DNA of 64,000 nucleotides from Candidatus Levyibacteriota bacterium (GCA_963722305.1 CAVRKE010000001.1:181529-245528); one strand, 5' to 3'. Positions 27,706 to 39,357 are shown, counted from the stretch's first letter. The notes: generated by a model from the letters alone, not told the origin. A program made the numbers and translations.

Positions 27706-28578
27706 ATGAATTACGAAAATACTCCCACACCTGCTTCCACATGTGAACATACTGAACGTAACTTCCGACATTTTACGCTTTATAAGGATAAACCGCTAGA
27801 TTCAATAAGACATCCTATTCCAGTATTGATTGTGCCCGGCTTTGCCAGCAGCGCAGAATCTTTCGCATTACTGGCTAAAACACTCAATGAGCACGGTTTT
27901 ACAACAATCCGGATTGAGTATGAATTTGGGAGACCCGGTGAACCTAAGAAATGGTTAGTGCTTCCTGATGTTGATAGATTAAAACGAGAGTCAATTATTG
28001 CCGCAATTCAGGCCGAGGGAAAATCTCTTAATGAAGACGGACCAAAACAAGTGATTACGCTTACCCATTCCAAGGGGGCCATGGATGTAGCTCAAGTAGC
28101 AGCTGATAATCCTGAGTTTTTCCAAGGTCAAATCATTTTTATGGATGCTCCCAGTAATTTACGCCCGAGACCTAGTCTAGTAGACGCAATAAGAATGTTA
28201 AGAAACAGTAACTGTCAAGACAAATTAGATAAAGCGAAATTAGCGGCCGAGCGCGGCGAAATAGTCGCCGAGCTGGTACGAGCAAACGATGCTTACGCGC
28301 ACCGGTACGGAGGAATACACCGTCTAATGGACATCGCATCTTCGGCTTGGGGATCAGTGTATGATATTCTTCCCAAACTAACTGAAAAGCGTATTGGGAC
28401 TATCGTTATTGCCCATACGGAAGATGCCTTCAATTCTGTAAAATCTTTTACAGTTGTGCAGAAGCGCGTGGGTGGAATCATTGCGTATCCGGGTATCCAT
28501 AGTGCAATAAAATTTTCACCTGAAGAATGCGAAAGAATTGCCCAATTATTGGAACAACACGAGCCAGTGGCGGCTTAA
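27706..28578 (+). CDS. alpha/beta-hydrolase (lipase-like) protein
   Basis: PVLIVPGFASS is typical of lipase class 2 or PGAP1-like alpha/beta hydrolases. The candidate nucleophile is in LTHSKGA. Confidence 0.45.
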   Translation: MNYENTPTPASTCEHTERNFRHFTLYKDKPLDSIRHPIPVLIVPGFASSAESFALLAKTLNEHGFTTIRIEYEFGRPGEPKKWLVLPDVDRLKRESIIAAIQAEGKSLNEDGPKQVITLTHSKGAMDVAQVAADNPEFFQGQIIFMDAPSNLRPRPSLVDAIRMLRNSNCQDKLDKAKLAAERGEIVAELVRANDAYAHRYGGIHRLMDIASSAWGSVYDILPKLTEKRIGTIVIAHTEDAFNSVKSFTVVQKRVGGIIAYPGIHSAIKFSPEECERIAQLLEQHEPVAA

Positions 28579-28623
28579 TTGATGGTAAAACGTTGGATAT
28601 TCCAGTATAATTAGAATTACCTT

Positions 28624-30381
28624 ATGTGCGGAATTTTTGGTTACATCGGGGAAAAACAAAATGCGGCGGAAATTGTTTTTGAGGGACTAAAGCTTCTTGA
28701 CTATAGAGGTTACGATTCTTGGGGAGTAGCAGTTAAAGTCGGCAGTAAAATTGCCATTGAGAAAAAGACCGGCAAAATCGGAGACAATCAGATTTCCTTG
28801 CCATCAAGTTCACTTGGCATCGGACATACCCGCTGGGCAACCCACGGAGGTGTCACTACCACTAATGCCCACCCGCATTTGGATTGCAGCGGAGAAATTG
28901 CGGTCCTGCATAACGGCATTATTGAAAACTTTCAGGAACTTAAAGATAAACTATCAAAAAACGGTCATAAATTTATATCAGAAACCGATACGGAAGTTGT
29001 AGCCCACTTGGTAGAAGATTTCCTCAAGAAAGAAGACTTCGTCAATTCCGTTAAGGACGCCTTCGGCCTTCTTAAAGGTTTAAGTGCAATTGTGGTTATT
29101 CATACACAGTCTAACCAAATAGTGGTGGCCAAAAATGGCTCGCCGATTGTGATTGGAAAAGGAGAGAACGAATTTTTTGTCGCCTCGGACACCGCCGGAA
29201 TACTGCCTTATACAAAAGACATTCTGTTTCTAAAAGATAACGAGCTGGCCAGTCTTTCCAGCGTTATTGAACTTTATTCTCTGCCTGATTTTAGAAAGAT
29301 TTCTCCGATTTTTGAAAAAATTAACTGGAAAATCGAACAGGCGCAAAAAGGAAATTATCAGCACTTTATGCTTAAGGAAATTCATGAACAGCCAACGGTC
29401 CTCAGAAACCTGGCGACTACTTATGCCGACCAGATTAGCGATCTGGCCGACGCCATTAAACAATCCAAAGGCGTATTTCTGATCGGCAGCGGCAGTGCTT
29501 CGTATGCTTGTCTGGCCGGCACATATTTATTCTCTAAAATTGCCAAAAGACATGTTAACACCGCTGTTGCTTCCGAATTTAATTATCTTGAAGATTTCTT
29601 AAACAAGGATAGTCTGATTATTCCGCTTTCGCAATCCGGAGAGACAATTGATGTTATCGAACCCTTAACCCGCGCCAAGAAAAAGGGAAGTAAGATTATG
29701 GCCTTGGTCAACGTTTTGGGCTCAACTATTTATCGCATGGCAGACTACAAATTGCTGCTGGGTGCCGGGCCGGAAAAAGCAGTCGCCTCGACCAAGGCTT
29801 ACCTCGCCAAAATCGGCATTTTGGTGATGCTCGCTTTTGCTCTGGACGAAAAAATAGAAATCGCCCGCGACATTTTACTCAAAAGCGCGGATGAAATCGA
29901 TAGGTTATTGACGTCTGATAATTTACAAACAATTCAAACCATCGCCCAAAAATTGTCTCAACAAGAACATATCTATCTGATTGGTAGGGGAATGTCTTAT
30001 CCGACCGCTTTAGAAGGAGCAATGAAAATAAAGGAAGTCAGTTACATGCACGCCGAAGGCCTGGCCGGAGGGGAAATCAAGCATGGTCCGATTGCCCTGA
30101 TTGACAAGGGGACTCCCTGTATTGTGTTGGCGCCCAGCGATGAGACCTTTGACGCAATTATGTCTAACGCCATCGAAATTAAATCACGCGGAGGTTATAT
30201 TATCGGCATTTCCTCAAAAGAATCTGCGGTTTTTGATGCATGGATAGAGGTTAAAGAAACCGGCTTACCGCTTTTAACTCATGTTGTACCGATGCAACTT
30301 TTGGGCTACTATCTGGCACTGGTCAAAAATTTTGACCCGGATAAACCCCGCAACCTGGCCAAAAGCGTCACGGTAAAATAA
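28624..30381 (+). CDS. glmS: glutamine--fructose-6-phosphate aminotransferase
   Basis: 585 aa starting MCGIFGY, with an N-terminal Ntn amidotransferase domain and two SIS domains. Confidence 0.95.
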   Translation: MCGIFGYIGEKQNAAEIVFEGLKLLDYRGYDSWGVAVKVGSKIAIEKKTGKIGDNQISLPSSSLGIGHTRWATHGGVTTTNAHPHLDCSGEIAVLHNGIIENFQELKDKLSKNGHKFISETDTEVVAHLVEDFLKKEDFVNSVKDAFGLLKGLSAIVVIHTQSNQIVVAKNGSPIVIGKGENEFFVASDTAGILPYTKDILFLKDNELASLSSVIELYSLPDFRKISPIFEKINWKIEQAQKGNYQHFMLKEIHEQPTVLRNLATTYADQISDLADAIKQSKGVFLIGSGSASYACLAGTYLFSKIAKRHVNTAVASEFNYLEDFLNKDSLIIPLSQSGETIDVIEPLTRAKKKGSKIMALVNVLGSTIYRMADYKLLLGAGPEKAVASTKAYLAKIGILVMLAFALDEKIEIARDILLKSADEIDRLLTSDNLQTIQTIAQKLSQQEHIYLIGRGMSYPTALEGAMKIKEVSYMHAEGLAGGEIKHGPIALIDKGTPCIVLAPSDETFDAIMSNAIEIKSRGGYIIGISSKESAVFDAWIEVKETGLPLLTHVVPMQLLGYYLALVKNFDPDKPRNLAKSVTVK

Positions 30382-30382
30382 A

Positions 30383-31078
30383 TCAGATTTGAGTTAAACC
30401 AGTCAGTATCCCATCTAGCTTAGGAGGTAAGGGTCCAGGACTTCTTGTAAAGATCGTCCTTAAACCAGTTTCTCGCATTACATCTTGAATCATTAGTTCT
30501 CTTGCTGGGTCTAGCAAAAGCCAGTAGGCGTTTACTAGCTCAGGATCCGATTCAGGGTGCTCTCTTAATTGTTGTAGATGTTCAAGATGATGTTTAAGCC
30601 CAATAACTAGTCCTTCTGCGTTTAGATATGAATAAGGTGACTGTATTCGCAGGATGTCATAAAAGTACGCTGGCTTTGATTCAAATGGAACTCCATGAGG
30701 ATTTTGAACCGTATAAGAGGCAGGGGCAACTAGTTTTCCGGTTTCACAATCTACCCATACACTATATGCACCTTGGTGATTTTGAACAGCTGTGATTTCT
30801 ACTGGATAGTAACCGAAAATATATGGAGGAAGTCTGTAGCCTACGGCTTTATCTTCCTCGGTTAGTGGTCTAACTCTATCGTCTGTTAGTAATTTTAAGT
30901 AAGGATATTGTCGCCAATAGTCAACTCTACTTACCGAATACTCCTCAACCATTCTGGCATAGACTATAGCTGGTTCATGCCAGTCTAAAAATGCGTGGTC
31001 TAATCCGATTTCAACAGGGCTTCTCACCATATTTGTAGGCAGTTTTGCTATTCTACTTTTGCTAGGCTTAATTGTCAA
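30383..31078 (-). CDS. hypothetical protein
   Basis: 231-aa ORF with no recognisable motif. It abuts the glmS stop on the opposite strand. Confidence 0.3.
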   Translation of the reverse strand: MTIKPSKSRIAKLPTNMVRSPVEIGLDHAFLDWHEPAIVYARMVEEYSVSRVDYWRQYPYLKLLTDDRVRPLTEEDKAVGYRLPPYIFGYYPVEITAVQNHQGAYSVWVDCETGKLVAPASYTVQNPHGVPFESKPAYFYDILRIQSPYSYLNAEGLVIGLKHHLEHLQQLREHPESDPELVNAYWLLLDPARELMIQDVMRETGLRTIFTRSPGPLPPKLDGILTGLTQI

Positions 31079-31145
31079 ACTAACTCTCTTCCTAACGGTT
31101 GCTATCTCTTGAAAATCGAACTATAATATATTGCTAAAAAAATCT

Positions 31146-34049
31146 ATGGATAAGATTATTATTAAAGGTGCCAGGGAAAATAACCTGAAAAATATTGATA
31201 TTGAGATACCTAAAAATAAACTGGTAGTTTTTACCGGACTGTCCGGCAGCGGTAAATCATCGCTGGCTTTTGACACCATTTACGCCGAAGGACAGCGCAG
31301 GTATGTGGAAAGTTTGTCTTCTTACGCCCGGCAATTTTTGGGGATTATGAAAAAGCCGGATGTCGACTTAATCGAGGGATTGTCGCCGGCAATTTCGATT
31401 GACCAAAAATCGGCCTCGCATAATCCGCGCTCAACTGTCGGCACGGTGACGGAAATTTATGACTATCTCCGACTGCTTTTTGCCAGAATCGGCCATCCGC
31501 ATTGTCCGAAATGCGGCCGGGAAATAAGCAGGATGACCAAAGAGCAGATTACCAATTCCGTCTTCGAGCTTTTGGACAGACAAACTGCCAAAAACCTAAA
31601 AATTCTAATCTTAGCGCCGATTGTTAAAGACCGAAAAGGCGAATACAGCGAACTGTTTGTGGACCTAAAAAAGCGCGGCTACAAAAAAGCCAGGATTGAC
31701 GGCCAGGTTTTTGATTTTGACGATAATTTTGTTTTGATTAAAACCAACAAACATACCATCGAAACCATTATTGACCAAGTAGTCTTAACTAAAGACACCG
31801 ACAGGGGAAGAATTGCCGCGGATATTGAACAAGGATTGAAATTAGGCAGCGGCGAAATAATTATTTCTATCATTAAAGATAGCGGCTTTACCATTCCCGA
31901 CAAACCGAAAAAAATGGAGGACGAGTTTTTTTCCGAAAAGTTTGCCTGTCCGGTCTGCAATATATTTTTACCGGAAGTAGAACCGCGTATTTTTTCGTTT
32001 AACACACCCCACGGCGCTTGCCCCACCTGCGACGGTTTGGGCACCATCTTAACGGTTGACAGGGATTTGGTGTTTAATAAAAATTTGACAATTAATGAAG
32101 GCGGGATTATGCCGTTGGAAACCGCTTTATCCCACGAAACCTGGTTTTCGCGAACTTTTAAGACTTTTTGCGAAGAAAACGGCATTTCCCTGCAACAGAG
32201 GTTTTCCGACATGCCCGAAGAAAAAAAGGAACTGCTCTTAAACGGAACTGGGGAACAACTCTATTATGTCGAAGGTCAAAACAGGTGGGGCAGAGACACC
32301 GCCATCCAAGAACCATTCAAAGGCGTCCTCTCTTACCTTAAAGAAAAGTATCAGTCAACCGACTCGATGTTTTTAAGATCACAAATTGAAAAATACATGC
32401 GCTACGAAACCTGCAGTGAATGTAAGGGCGCAAGACTTAAAAAAGAAGCCTTGTCGATCACTATTAACAACCAATCGATTGTCGGAGTTTCGGATATGTC
32501 TATTACTGATACCTATCAGTTTTTTAATAACTTAACAAAATTTATCTCCGAGCGGGAAACTAAAATCGGCAATTTAATTTTGAAAGAAATTAAACAAAGG
32601 CTGTCGTTTTTACTGGATGTCGGATTGGATTATCTGACCCTTTCCAGAGGAGCACAAACGCTGGCCGGCGGGGAAGCACAAAGAATACGCTTAGCTTCAC
32701 AAATCGGCAGCGGTTTGACCGGTGTGTTATACGTTTTGGATGAACCCTCAATCGGACTGCACCAAAGAGATAACCAAAAACTAATCGACACTTTAAAAAA
32801 GTTAAGGGATTTGGGTAACACGGTTTTAGTGGTCGAACATGACGAGGAGACCATGAAACAAGCAGACTATATTATCGATTTCGGACCGGGAGCCGGAGAA
32901 AACGGCGGAAAAATAGTTTTTAAGGGAGAGCTTAATGAAATTAAGCATGACTCTTCGTCTCTTACCGGACAATATTTGTCCGGCAAAAAACAGATCAGAT
33001 TAATCGGCAGCGGTCAGGAGAAAATTACTGCCGCCAGTGCCAACGGTAGGGTGTTAAGAATTGAAGGGGCAAGACAACATAACCTTAAAAACATTAATGT
33101 CAACTTTCCCCTTAATAATTTAATCGTTGTGACCGGCGTCTCCGGTTCGGGCAAATCGACCCTCGTCAACGATATTTTATATCACGCGTTGATGCAAAAA
33201 AATAATCCGTACCACCGGCAAAAACCCGGTAAATATACCAACCTCAACGGCTTTGAACACATTAAAAACATTTTTATGATTGACCAATCACCGATTGGCA
33301 GAACTCCACGCAGTAATCCGGCCACCTACATCGGCGCCTTCAGCTATATTCGGGACTTATTTGCCAATACCAAAGATGCCAAAATAAAAGGCTACGGACC
33401 GGGAAGGTTTTCGTTTAACGTCAAGGGCGGGCGGTGTGAAGCCTGTGAAGGAGAAGGCAGAATTAAAATCGAAATGCAATTTCTACCGGACGTTTATATC
33501 ACTTGCGAGGTTTGTAACGGGCTGCAGTATAACCACGAAGCTTTGGAGGTTGAATTTAACCATAAAAATATCGCCGACGTTTTAGACATGAGCGTTTCGG
33601 AAGCGGTTAATTTTTTTGAGTTTGTTCCCGGACTTTCGCATAAGCTCCAAACTTTAAATGACGTCGGGCTTTCCTATATCAAACTTGGCCAGCCCGCACC
33701 GACCCTCTCCGGTGGGGAAGCACAACGCGTCAAACTGGCTGCCGAACTTTCCAAAAAAGGCTCCAATGCCTTATACCTTTTGGACGAGCCGACCACCGGG
33801 CTGCACTTTGCGGACCTGGAGAAACTACTGCATGTGTTAAGAAGACTGGTAGACCTAGGTAATACCGTCATTGTGATTGAGCATAATTTGGATGTGATTA
33901 AAAATGCCGATTACATTATTGACCTAGGCCCTGAAGGCGGAGAAAAAGGCGGAGAGCTGGTGGCCACCGGAACACCAACTGAAATTTCCAAATATGCCAA
34001 TTCTTACACCGGGCAGTTTTTGAAAAAAAGGCTTTACCCTGTTAAATAA
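31146..34049 (+). CDS. uvrA: excinuclease ABC subunit A
   Basis: Two ABC ATPase modules ([18 protein letters not shown]) and Zn-finger Cys clusters. The start is taken at [12 protein letters not shown]. Confidence 0.95.
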   Translation: MDKIIIKGARENNLKNIDIEIPKNKLVVFTGLSGSGKSSLAFDTIYAEGQRRYVESLSSYARQFLGIMKKPDVDLIEGLSPAISIDQKSASHNPRSTVGTVTEIYDYLRLLFARIGHPHCPKCGREISRMTKEQITNSVFELLDRQTAKNLKILILAPIVKDRKGEYSELFVDLKKRGYKKARIDGQVFDFDDNFVLIKTNKHTIETIIDQVVLTKDTDRGRIAADIEQGLKLGSGEIIISIIKDSGFTIPDKPKKMEDEFFSEKFACPVCNIFLPEVEPRIFSFNTPHGACPTCDGLGTILTVDRDLVFNKNLTINEGGIMPLETALSHETWFSRTFKTFCEENGISLQQRFSDMPEEKKELLLNGTGEQLYYVEGQNRWGRDTAIQEPFKGVLSYLKEKYQSTDSMFLRSQIEKYMRYETCSECKGARLKKEALSITINNQSIVGVSDMSITDTYQFFNNLTKFISERETKIGNLILKEIKQRLSFLLDVGLDYLTLSRGAQTLAGGEAQRIRLASQIGSGLTGVLYVLDEPSIGLHQRDNQKLIDTLKKLRDLGNTVLVVEHDEETMKQADYIIDFGPGAGENGGKIVFKGELNEIKHDSSSLTGQYLSGKKQIRLIGSGQEKITAASANGRVLRIEGARQHNLKNINVNFPLNNLIVVTGVSGSGKSTLVNDILYHALMQKNNPYHRQKPGKYTNLNGFEHIKNIFMIDQSPIGRTPRSNPATYIGAFSYIRDLFANTKDAKIKGYGPGRFSFNVKGGRCEACEGEGRIKIEMQFLPDVYITCEVCNGLQYNHEALEVEFNHKNIADVLDMSVSEAVNFFEFVPGLSHKLQTLNDVGLSYIKLGQPAPTLSGGEAQRVKLAAELSKKGSNALYLLDEPTTGLHFADLEKLLHVLRRLVDLGNTVIVIEHNLDVIKNADYIIDLGPEGGEKGGELVATGTPTEISKYANSYTGQFLKKRLYPVK

Positions 34050-34111
34050 CCGAGGGTCAATCCCGCTAAACGGGATTATTTAACAGAGTTAAAATACGCT
34101 ATAATGTTTTA

Positions 34112-35956
34112 ATGAGAAAGACATTACTTGCACTTTTCGTCTTTGTCTTATTTTACTTATTTCCTAAACAAACAACTTTTGCTGACTCAAGTTTTTCCAC
34201 CGCTTACAACGTTACTTATACGGTTAACAGCAATGCTGTCACCCGCGTCAACATTGACGCCACCCTGACAAACCTTACCACCAATTATTACGCCTCTTCC
34301 TACAGTATTGAAGTTGGCTTTACCGACCTTAAAAACATCTCCGCTCACGATTCAGATGGCTCGATTACTCCAACCATTACGAGAACAGCTAAGGGCAGTG
34401 ACATTACGCTTAAATTTAATGAACAATCGGTTGGGTTGAACAATAAATTACAGTTCAGTGTGGCTTTTGATACCAGCCAAGTAGCGGAAAACCTTAACAG
34501 TACTTGGAATATTAATATTCCCGGCATTTCCAACCAACAAGATTTTTCGGTGTTTAACAGTACAGTTATCTATCCTTCGTTTTTAGGTAAACCGACTTAC
34601 ATCAAACCGACGCTTTTAAACAAGACTATTTCGACCAACGGGAACAGTTTGTTATTTACCAAAGATGACATGGGCGGTTCGGGTATCTCCATCGCCTTCG
34701 GAAATTTTCAAATTTATAATCTTAATCTGACCTACCATCTGGAAAATAATAATCTTTTTCCGATTTCAACCGAAATAGCCCTTCCGCCGTCAACTAATTA
34801 TCAGGATGTGGAAATTAATAATATTAACCCAAAACCAACCAATGTCACAATGGACGGTGACGGTAACTGGTTAGCGCAATATATTCTGACTGCCCACCAA
34901 AAAATGGACATCACGGTTTTAGGTAAAATAAAAGTTTATTTAAGCCCCAAACAAGATAACCTCGATAATAATTCCCTCCAAACCTACTTAAAGCCCCAAA
35001 CCTATTGGGAATCGAATAATCCAAAAATAATTAGTCTGGCCCAAGATTTAAAAACTCCTTACGCTATTTACCAGTATGTTGTCAAAACTTTAAGTTATGA
35101 TTTTAGCCGGGTGGAATCGGATAGTCCGAGATTAGGTGCATTAAAAGCCTTAAGTGACCCCAATTCCGCCGTCTGCCTTGAATTTACGGATTTATTTATC
35201 GCCCTATCCAGAGCCGCCGGAATTCCCGCCAGGGAAATTGACGGTTACGGGTATACCAATAACACTAACCAAAGGCCGCTATCATTAACCGAAGACGTTT
35301 TGCACGCCTGGCCCGAATATTATGATTTTGACAAGCAGGCCTGGATAATGGTCGACCCGACTTGGGGCAATACTACCGATGGCATTGATTATTTCAATGC
35401 TTTGGATTTTGATCATATAGCTTTTGTCGTAAAAGGCTTAAGCAGTACTTACCCTGTTCCGGCCGGCGGATATAAATTATCCAAAGACCAGAAAACAAAA
35501 GACGTCGATGTAACCATGGGCACAGCCTTTGGTGAAACTGCGGATAAACTCACCACGACTGTTTCTCTTCCAAATGAAATTATTGCCGGGCTGCCAATCG
35601 ATGGTCAAATTAAACTGTCTAACCTTGGTCCGTCACTTTCGGGAAAACAGGCAATCACCGTTTCAACCAATTCTCTTGCGCCGAATAACCAATCCCTTGT
35701 GGACCAGGACATACCTCCTTACGGTTTTGTACTTGTTCCTGTTTCATTTAATAAAACTTCGCTTTTGACAAATGAACAGGATACAATTAAAATTACCGTT
35801 GGCAATAACACTGTTTACAAAAACATTAAGCTAATGCCGTTTTTTATAAACAGGTTTTTTGTCTTTGGAGGAATAACAATTGTTAGTTTCGGTATCATCC
35901 TATCGCTTACTGCCTACTTATTCAGGCGTCTATCTCTTTCTAAACAAGAAGAGTGA
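34112..35956 (+). CDS. secreted/membrane-anchored transglutaminase-like domain protein
   Basis: Signal peptide and a C-terminal TM helix. The transglutaminase-like core has a Cys-His-Asp arrangement (AVCLEFTDLF ... HAWPEYYD ... MVDPTW). Confidence 0.6.
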   Translation: MRKTLLALFVFVLFYLFPKQTTFADSSFSTAYNVTYTVNSNAVTRVNIDATLTNLTTNYYASSYSIEVGFTDLKNISAHDSDGSITPTITRTAKGSDITLKFNEQSVGLNNKLQFSVAFDTSQVAENLNSTWNINIPGISNQQDFSVFNSTVIYPSFLGKPTYIKPTLLNKTISTNGNSLLFTKDDMGGSGISIAFGNFQIYNLNLTYHLENNNLFPISTEIALPPSTNYQDVEINNINPKPTNVTMDGDGNWLAQYILTAHQKMDITVLGKIKVYLSPKQDNLDNNSLQTYLKPQTYWESNNPKIISLAQDLKTPYAIYQYVVKTLSYDFSRVESDSPRLGALKALSDPNSAVCLEFTDLFIALSRAAGIPAREIDGYGYTNNTNQRPLSLTEDVLHAWPEYYDFDKQAWIMVDPTWGNTTDGIDYFNALDFDHIAFVVKGLSSTYPVPAGGYKLSKDQKTKDVDVTMGTAFGETADKLTTTVSLPNEIIAGLPIDGQIKLSNLGPSLSGKQAITVSTNSLAPNNQSLVDQDIPPYGFVLVPVSFNKTSLLTNEQDTIKITVGNNTVYKNIKLMPFFINRFFVFGGITIVSFGIILSLTAYLFRRLSLSKQEE

Positions 35957-37151
35957 CGTCATTTATGTTGGCAAAGCCAAGAACCTTCGAAGCCGTGTTT
36001 CCTCATATTTTTCCAACAAAGATTTGGGTGAAAAAACCCGGATTCTTGTTTCCCAAATTGCCAAAATCAAAACCCTCGGTGTTACTTCGGAAATTGAGGC
36101 ATTTTTGTTGGAAGAAAGATTAATTAAAAAGTATAAGCCCCATTACAACCTGAAATTAATTGACGATAAGCGTTACCCGAGCTTAAAAATTACCGTCAAA
36201 GATGAATATCCAAAAGTGCTTTTGATAAGAAAACAGTCCGAAGGCGACGGGTCCTTGTATTTTGGCCCGTTCACCAGCACGCAATCACTCAGAAGTGTTT
36301 TAAAAATACTGAGGAGAATTTTTCCTTATCAGGCAGTTGCAAATCATCCTCACAAGCTTTGTTTGTATTATCATTTGGGCCTTTGTCCGTGTCCTTCGGT
36401 GACAAAAGACAAAACTTACAAACAAACAATTAGCCACATTATTGATTTTCTAAACGGCAATACCAAAAAAGTTATCAAAGACTTGGAAAAAGAAAGAAAT
36501 GCCTTTAGTAAAGAGGAGCTCTACGAAGAAGCAAAGGGCAGACAAAGAAAAATCGATGCCATCAAATTAATTACCAGTACTGTTTATCAGCCGTTTGAAT
36601 ACGAGTTAAATCCAAATTTGCGTTTCGACGTTATTCAAAAGAACTTAAATGAACTCAAAGATATTTTAAATAATCATGGCGTTGGAGTTAAGGACTTAAA
36701 ACGGATTGAATGCTACGATATTTCAAATACCTCCGGGCTAAACGCCACCGGCTCGATGGTAGTGTTTAGTAACGGCGAAAAAGATTCTTCCGCTTACCGC
36801 AGATTTAAAATCCGCAAGGACTATGCTAAAAAACCAAACGATTTTGCCATGCTACAGGAAGTGCTGCAAAGAAGGTTAAAACACGCCGAGTGGCCAACCC
36901 CTTCCTTAATTATCGTTGACGGCGGAAAAGGACAAGTTTCATCGGCCAGAGAGGTGATTGCCCAAAACGGAAAAATTCCTTTAATCGGCCTGGCCAAAAG
37001 AGAAGAAACGATTATCACCGAAGATTTACAGGAAATAAGCATCCCGAAAAGTTCAAAGGCTCTGCGCTTAATCATGCAGCTTCGGGATGAGGCGCACCGT
37101 TTCGCCATTACTTACCACAAGAAATTAAGAGCCAGTTTCATTTTCTCGTAA
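35880..37151 (+). CDS. uvrC: excinuclease ABC subunit C (short form)
   Basis: 423 aa with the GIY-YIG domain (GVYLFLNKKSDVIYVGKAKNLRSR), a Cys-rich region and an RNase-H-like endonuclease domain (GLAKREE...DEAHRFA). The C-terminal (HhH)2 domain is absent. It uses an alternative TTG/GTG start and overlaps the preceding gene. Confidence 0.8.
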   Translation: MLVSVSSYRLLPTYSGVYLFLNKKSDVIYVGKAKNLRSRVSSYFSNKDLGEKTRILVSQIAKIKTLGVTSEIEAFLLEERLIKKYKPHYNLKLIDDKRYPSLKITVKDEYPKVLLIRKQSEGDGSLYFGPFTSTQSLRSVLKILRRIFPYQAVANHPHKLCLYYHLGLCPCPSVTKDKTYKQTISHIIDFLNGNTKKVIKDLEKERNAFSKEELYEEAKGRQRKIDAIKLITSTVYQPFEYELNPNLRFDVIQKNLNELKDILNNHGVGVKDLKRIECYDISNTSGLNATGSMVVFSNGEKDSSAYRRFKIRKDYAKKPNDFAMLQEVLQRRLKHAEWPTPSLIIVDGGKGQVSSAREVIAQNGKIPLIGLAKREETIITEDLQEISIPKSSKALRLIMQLRDEAHRFAITYHKKLRASFIFS

Positions 37152-38505
37152 CGTCATATTCGTAAGGAAAGTAGAGGAAAGTGGCAGGTGAATCATCAAG
37201 CAAGTATTTTTGAAAATCCGCATAGATTTGCTTTCGTTCACCAATATCAGTCGTTTGTCTGCCGTCCTCTAGCAATTTATCGATCCTTAAATTTTTGTAA
37301 TTGGTGATATTGTTCATGTTTATCTGCGAAGAGTGCCAAAGAGTATACTGGTCGGGATCGTTGGCCACATTAAATTCCCCCAAATAAACTTGAAAATTAG
37401 CAGGAAAAGAATCAACTATCTTGACGTTGGTTTCTATCCCGACTTTTTTCCATAAAGCTTTTATTTGGTAAGCAAGATTTCGATATTTTCGCAAAGCTTT
37501 CATTTCCAAGACGATTCCGCCGCTTTGTGTAGAACTTTCCGACTCACTAAGTAACAGCTTTGCATGATCAAAATCCTGCTGGTAAGTAGTTAGACCATCT
37601 TCAGAGACCCAAGATAGAGGCGAAAACGGACCGTAATTCCGTTGACCGCTTACAAAGCTATCCGGCATGGTATACGACATTGCTTCCCTTAAGCGCTTAT
37701 CGGACAACATTTTGTCTTGGATGTTATAGAAAATAGTTACTAAATCAGAGTAATTAGTATTTTTAGTAATGCCTGCATTGGCAAAAGAAGCTAAATTACT
37801 ATTCATTACTTTTAAGTCTTTTACTCCGACAATTTTATCAACTTCACCCAGAGCAAAGGCCGTTTTTAAAGACTCTTCCGTCGGGTAGAACTGATAAACA
37901 ATTTCGTTACTTTTTCCCTTGACTGAAACGAGGCTGATTGACTGAACAAAATTGCCGTTAAGATTAACCGACTGTACGCGGTAATCGCCAATTCCGACAA
38001 AACCGTTTTTAAATATCGGCCTCGAAACGGTTACTAAAAAAGGCGAGTAAGCTTCTTTTAAGTTAAAAACGATGGTATAAGCGTTGGGTTTTTCTACCGA
38101 AACATCTAAGAAATTATACCTGACCTGATCGGAATTAAAAGCAGTACCGTCGCTAAACACCACACCCTTTTTCAAGTGGAACACGTAAGTTTTGCCATTG
38201 TTCTCTATTTCCCAGGACGAAGCCAGATCGGGCTTAACAGTATCATCCTTGGCAATAGAAGTTAACCCTTGAGAAACTTCGCTCAGAATTGATGAGGGTA
38301 AAGTATCAATGGTATAGGCGCCGGTCATCCCAACCGTTCTTTGCTGCGTAAACGGAATTAGGGGAATAAAGTAATTTACCCCAAATCTCAAAATAAAAAA
38401 AACCGCCAGTCCCAAGACAAAAGAAATGAAAATGGTTTTTCGCCATTTCTTTAAATATGCTTTTAAAAGCCACGTTATTAAACGCCTTCTTTTCAGAAAA
38501 ATCAT
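37138..38505 (-). CDS. solute-binding protein family 5-like (peptide/nickel ABC-type SBP), membrane-anchored
   Basis: 455 aa with an N-terminal TM anchor and SBP_bac_5-like pattern. No cognate permease or ATPase lies adjacent. Confidence 0.45.
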   Translation of the reverse strand: MIFLKRRRLITWLLKAYLKKWRKTIFISFVLGLAVFFILRFGVNYFIPLIPFTQQRTVGMTGAYTIDTLPSSILSEVSQGLTSIAKDDTVKPDLASSWEIENNGKTYVFHLKKGVVFSDGTAFNSDQVRYNFLDVSVEKPNAYTIVFNLKEAYSPFLVTVSRPIFKNGFVGIGDYRVQSVNLNGNFVQSISLVSVKGKSNEIVYQFYPTEESLKTAFALGEVDKIVGVKDLKVMNSNLASFANAGITKNTNYSDLVTIFYNIQDKMLSDKRLREAMSYTMPDSFVSGQRNYGPFSPLSWVSEDGLTTYQQDFDHAKLLLSESESSTQSGGIVLEMKALRKYRNLAYQIKALWKKVGIETNVKIVDSFPANFQVYLGEFNVANDPDQYTLWHSSQINMNNITNYKNLRIDKLLEDGRQTTDIGERKQIYADFQKYLLDDSPATFLYFPYEYDVTRK

Positions 38506-38508
38506 AAT

Positions 38509-38727
38509 CTACTTTAAGGGGAGAAGAAGAAGCAGAGAAATCAAGGCAAAAATTACAGCCGTTGCAACCGTTGCCCACATCAGTAATTTCTCTAAACTTC
38601 TTTTGCTTCGGTAAAACTCGCCTGTTCCGCCAAAAGCACCGGACAATCCGCTTCCCTGCATTTGCAATAAAATAAGAGTGATAAGTATAACTGCGGCAAC
38701 AATTTCAAGAATATTGAGAATTATCAT
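38509..38727 (-). CDS. secG: preprotein translocase subunit SecG
   Basis: 72 aa with two TM helices flanking the Gly-rich loop LLQMQGSGLSGAFGG. Confidence 0.6.
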   Translation of the reverse strand: MIILNILEIVAAVILITLILLQMQGSGLSGAFGGTGEFYRSKRSLEKLLMWATVATAVIFALISLLLLLPLK

Positions 38728-38869
38728 TAAGCTTAATTATAACTTTTTTAGCACGGCTTTTGCAAGTTGAGCGAGCTTAAAGCGAAGCGAAATGGTTTGG
38801 CGAAGCCAAATCCATATTTAATAAAGTTTTTAGAAGAGTAAATAATAAGCCAAAGAGTTTCGAAATGTC

Positions 38870-39271
38870 TTATTTAATTAGCCAACCAAGTAGCGTTACA
38901 ATCAGCGACTGGAGAAGTGATACCAAGACAAAAGCAAAAAAAGTATTAAAGTAAATTTTGGGTACTACAAATCCGGCAAAAGAAATTCCGGAAAAAGTGA
39001 ATGAAGAAATCACTATCCCGACCACCAAAACAGTCAAAACGTAAAAAATTATGACATTAATCACAAAAGAAAATAAACCCAAAGTAATAATATTCAAAGG
39101 TAAAGAAAGAAGACTTAAAACCGGCTTTAGGATTTTTAGAAGCAGGGTCAAGACAAAACCGGCAACCAGCAATGTGATTAAACCACCATAAATCTTCATG
39201 CCGGAAATGAACTGTGAGATTAAAAATATCGAAAAAGCATTGAACAGGGTATTCCTTAAAAGTCCTTTCAC
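38870..39271 (-). CDS. DUF360 / phage-holin-4-like small membrane protein
   Basis: 133 aa with four predicted TM helices and a size and topology typical of the family. Low certainty. Confidence 0.35.
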   Translation of the reverse strand: MKGLLRNTLFNAFSIFLISQFISGMKIYGGLITLLVAGFVLTLLLKILKPVLSLLSLPLNIITLGLFSFVINVIIFYVLTVLVVGIVISSFTFSGISFAGFVVPKIYFNTFFAFVLVSLLQSLIVTLLGWLIK

Positions 39272-39357
39272 TCTAAATTCATGCTAGCAGATGAAGAAAA
39301 TAGTGTCAATTATTTGTGGGTTGCATTGAATCGCTTTTGAGCGTATATTATTGTCTT

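Noticed and set aside
31679-32212. 177-aa minus-strand ORF inside uvrA, along with other antisense ORFs such as 11284-11583, 18436-18840, 42351-42776 and 47477-47738
   Set aside because: Each is fully embedded antisense or out of frame within a strongly supported conserved gene, and each has low-complexity or atypical composition.
35880-35956. uvrC start overlapping the 3' end of the transglutaminase-like gene by about 75 nt
   Set aside because: It is probably an over-extended uvrC start, since a non-ATG initiator is implied and a downstream start is likely. It is not treated as a genuine long overlap.
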